Origin: the human T2T-CHM13v2.0 reference genome, Homo sapiens
DNA length: 64,000 bases
Assembly (NCBI RefSeq): GCF_009914755.1
Contig: NC_060939.1
Direction: 5' to 3' (one strand)
This document shows, in pieces, positions 54,069-64,000 of this stretch (the first letter of the stretch is position 1; each line of letters opens with the position of its first letter). The notes beneath the pieces were generated by a model. It saw only the letters and a list, made by a program, of their open reading frames with translations, did no database searches and was not told where the DNA came from. Both the position numbers and the translations under genes were made by a program.

Positions 54069-54889
54069 CTCTGGAGCCCTATAAATATGATTTATTATTG
54101 TTATGGTAATTTCACTCAGAACAATATTCTATTTCATCACTGAGGTCATCACCTAGACTGAGTCTGCCATAGAATGAGTCACCATTTTTCTATAAATGTG
54201 AGTTTTAGTATATAAAAAGATTATAAGTATTCATCTTTTGAATCCAGTCTTTCTCGTATGTATTTTATTGTCGTTTTTCAAATACACAGAGTCTTCCAAG
54301 GAGACAGAAGTCCCTATGTCTGGAGAAATTAACCCGTTCAAATATATAAATGACAATTTAAAACATTCTGACCCACATACTTTATTCAGGTAACTGGAGA
54401 ATAACCTTCATCTTGTGGAGCACAGAATCACTTTTTCCTTGCACATGGTGGAAATAATTCCCTCCCTCCCCCCACATTACTCATCAAATGTTGTATCTTC
54501 CAATTCAAAATAATGCCTGAATCATTACTGTTTCAAACCACTATCTGTGAAAGCATATCATTTTAAGGCATGCGTAAAGTTTGTGTTCTTATTTGACCCA
54601 TCATTCCAGCCTGGATACTCTTGGATCCTGATTTTCTCAATGAACATAATACTATCCCTTTCTACCTTATGTTTTTATGCAAATTTCATTTTAGACTTTC
54701 TGTAATTCCTTCAGGTCACTAAATGATAAAAGACGACATGGCTAAAGATAGTTAACTAAATTATAATCTCCATAAGGACAGAAGGCCCAAATTTACATAC
54801 CTGAAATAGAGGACTGGTCTACATTCCATATTGAAGTTAAATTCCAAGAAAATGCAATTTACAATGAAAGGATTTTTTGTTTTCTTTCG

Positions 54890-55935
<1,046 letters not shown>

Positions 55936-56892
55936 CTGCTACAACTTATACATGGAAATTATTTCTATAAGGATGAATGCAAAATGTTGAGTTGTATTCC
56001 AGACTTCACCATCCAACTTACCTACCATTACTGCCCCTAAACACATTAAATAACACTTAAAACACATTGCATAAAATAGGGATAATAAAAGAGTGTGTAA
56101 TCATTTATTGCACCAAAGGCAGTAGTCATAAAAGTGTACCCCCAAGATGGAATGAGGAGGCATAGGAGGATGAAGGAGTGGCAAGATGACCAATCTCCAC
56201 ATCCATTCACTGAATTGGAGGGCAGATGCAAAGACAGGGCAAGAAGATTCCATATGAAGGAGGCTGTAGTCTGGTCTCCTTATTGCTCTTAAAATTAGTA
56301 AGTATCAACTGTTTTCCTCTCAATTTTATTAACAAAAATCATGGTTGTTCGTATTTGCTCTCTCCTGGCCAAAGTTTCTAGATGACTTGCTAGCTGAAAA
56401 CCTTGGAAAGATGGCTTACCACCCACATTGTCATATGTCATATGATTATGTGCAAATTTATGTAAAATGTGAAAGGGTAAACATGAACAATGACCTCTCA
56501 TTTCTTTATATTCCCCACAGTGCCTAGCAGTGCCTTACCACAGCAGGCACCTGCTAGATATGTATTGATTTTTGATGGATTTAAGTGGATCCAGTTTGTT
56601 ATGATTGTGCTTTGAGTCTTCTGTTCTAAAATATTTAAGTTTTGCATATGTTATAGGCATCAATCCTCTTCATGGATACTTCTTTCTTTGATGTGAAATG
56701 AGTGCATTTGATAAAAATGTCCTCTAAATTGAGGTGTCCCCATGTCTTTAGTTCTGAATCTGCTATCCAGCTCTGAATCTGGTGATTGGCTAAGGAATTA
56801 AATTTGTTTTTTATGTTAATTAGAACATAATAAAGAAAAGTATCTTTTAAAAATCTGAAGATGGACATTTGTTTAAAAAGGCAGTAACAGCC

Positions 56893-57825
<933 letters not shown>

Positions 57826-57829
57826 CTAT

Positions 57830-59738
<1,909 letters not shown>

Positions 59739-60454
59739 TCAGTGAACTTTTAATTCTACTTTGGTAGGATGATGGTGGTCTTAGGAAAATTTGAATCTTC
59801 ATGACTAGTGACATAACTACATGGTACAGACCATCCTGTATAGCGAATTGCTTCTTGTGCCTAAGTCTTGTCTTCCCAGTGAAATCAATCGCTGGCCCTC
59901 CTCACCTCTTTTGGAACCTCTGCAGTGTTTAACCTGGGAACCCAGTGAATATCTGAGAACAGACAACTGGTTGATTAGGCCTCTCAGACTTTCATTCCAT
60001 TTCATCATGAACACTTCTCATATATTTACAACTTTTCCTTTCAAGTAAATCAAAATATTAACGTACAAGGACAAGTCAGACAGAAAAAGGCACATAGTTG
60101 CCAGGTAAATTGGGCCTCCTCAGAGTGTATCTTCAGGTTTTTAACAAAAGGCAGTTTCCATCTTATTGATGAAAATGTGTTTGCTTTCTATTCAATTACC
60201 CATTGTATGTTAGATGGTATTTCGTGGTTCAAATGGCTGTCTGTACAAAATGCTAACATTTAAAATCTATTTCCTCCACTCCTGTTTCAATGTCGACAAC
60301 TCTATTGTTAGAATCTGTGAGTTGGTGTCTTTGCAACCAAAGGAATATTCAGCTGAGATGTTTGATTTTACTATTCGATGTGATCTCACTTCTCCATGTA
60401 AGCAGCTTCCAACAAAATCACTTACTGGAGAAAAGAGAAAAGACCTAACAGTCC

Positions 60455-60880
60455 AGCGCGCTGTGTATACCGCGGGGGCCGTGTCAGGGGAGCAGGCTCT
60501 GGAACACTCCCGCCAAGGCCAAGAGGGCTCCCGCCTCCCCTCCAAGCGGTGGAAACCCGCCCTCCGCCAGACTCTGGCGGTGGGAGCGGCTCCCCCTGCA
60601 GGATCTGCAGAGACGCCTCCTGGGCTTTCTGTTCTGGCCTCGCGTTTCCCGGGCGCCTCGGTGTGAAGGCAGCTTAGTGCTGTGCCCGCCCGCCTGCTGC
60701 TTCCCAGTGGGGGAGTTTGGGTGAGCAATGGCAAGCCAGGGGGCCCGAGAAGCTGGCGAGGGGTGATGTTGCCGGCCAAACCCCGGGCAGGACCCCAGAG
60801 CTCAGCCGGGACAGCCCTGTCTCCTGCCTGTAGCCGGGGCTCTTCCCCCAGCACACAGGACGGGACGGTTCGAGGCTGGC
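60455..60880. promoter_or_regulatory. Small orphan CpG-rich island (candidate promoter/enhancer)
   Basis: Local rise in GC and CpG in non-repetitive sequence, flanked by AT-rich DNA and L1 fragments. Confidence 0.55.
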
Positions 60881-61029
60881 TCTCCTGGGTTAGCATCTCT
60901 TCACTCCCACCTCACAACCTTTTCTTTTCCCAGCCCCAGCTAGAGAGACTCCAGAACACATATGCCTGGGCTAATTATTCTGAGGCAATTAACGTGGCTG
61001 GGTCTCAGTTTCCTTTTTTTGTGTAATAA

Positions 61030-63225
<2,196 letters not shown>

Positions 63226-64000
63226 TATCTTTGAAAAAAATAAGTTTCTACTTCATAGGGTGATTGTAATTATTAAATGAGTTACTATGGAAAGTGTTTA
63301 GAGCAGTACCTGGCATTTAGATGTTACCATATAAATATATAGCATTTATAGTGTGTGTGTGTGTATATGTCATATTTACACAGCATTTATATGTAGTATT
63401 TATAATTAGTTTGAAATCTGTGACACTGTGGAAAAGATTTACGTTTTGAAGTACTGTATGTTCAGAATTTTCCGTGAAGGAAATTCACAATGTGGAAGAA
63501 GGAATCACTTTACCACTGTTTCAGTCTCATAAGGGGTTGTGAGGATCGAATGAGGCCATATACCTCAGCTACATTTGTATTTGATTAATAAAAGAAAATA
63601 CGGGTGTAGGTAGTTGTCATCCAACTTAACTTGCCAACATAATTTCTGTATCTGAGAAATGCTGCTTCAAGTCCAAAGCAGCATAAAATGATGCAAGAAC
63701 ATCACACATTCTCATGACCTGCACATCACATATGCAACAATTCCATGAATGCTCATAGAAGCACCAGAAGATATCACCCAGACATGGTTCTTTAAACTGC
63801 TGCTCTGTGAGACTCCTTGGGGAGGGGAAAGAGCTTGACTGCCTGGGTTTGAGTGCTGGTTCTGTCACTTATTACATGTGATACTGGAGGAGTTACTTAA
63901 CCTCCCCAGGCTTCTGTTTCCTCGTCTGTAAAATGGGAATGATATCTACCTCCTGGATTTCTGGGCAAGTTGGATGAGAAAAGCTATGTGTTTCAGAAAT

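Noticed and set aside
60728-60750. Possible CTCF site (CCAGGGGGC); also partial matches near 3510, 20890 and 23385
   Set aside because: The conserved 5' half of the motif is missing; cannot be supported without a PWM scan or ChIP data.

Overview
Primate, almost certainly human, euchromatic DNA recognisable as the BAHD1-CHST14 locus (15q15.1 by established gene order). The window opens inside BAHD1 intron 1. It contains the six coding exons of BAHD1 (+ strand; 2343 nt spliced = 780 aa + stop; C-terminal BAH domain) and its ~2.1-kb 3'UTR, then the CpG-island promoter and single coding exon of CHST14 (376 aa). The remaining ~37 kb is Alu/L1/LTR-rich and includes a full-length RPL9 processed pseudogene with 13-bp target-site duplications. 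The most unusual structure is a three-copy tandem array (~39.3-43.6 kb) of a CpG-rich cassette joined by chimeric Alus. Each copy has an ETS motif, a YY1/ATG motif and a decayed 48-codon exon-1-like frame ending at a remnant 5' splice site; two copies keep a CCAAT box. Downstream, a chain of + strand exon-like segments (46.6, 52.2, 52.4, 54.3, 56.1, 60.0, 60.2 kb) lies in the repeat-poor islands. Together these suggest, by inference only, a spliced lncRNA or a fossil (unitary) protein-coding gene. At least four locally templated insertion scars are also visible. Most ORFs in the supplied track are Alu-derived or GC-rich shadow ORFs. Repeat boundaries are estimates by eye.
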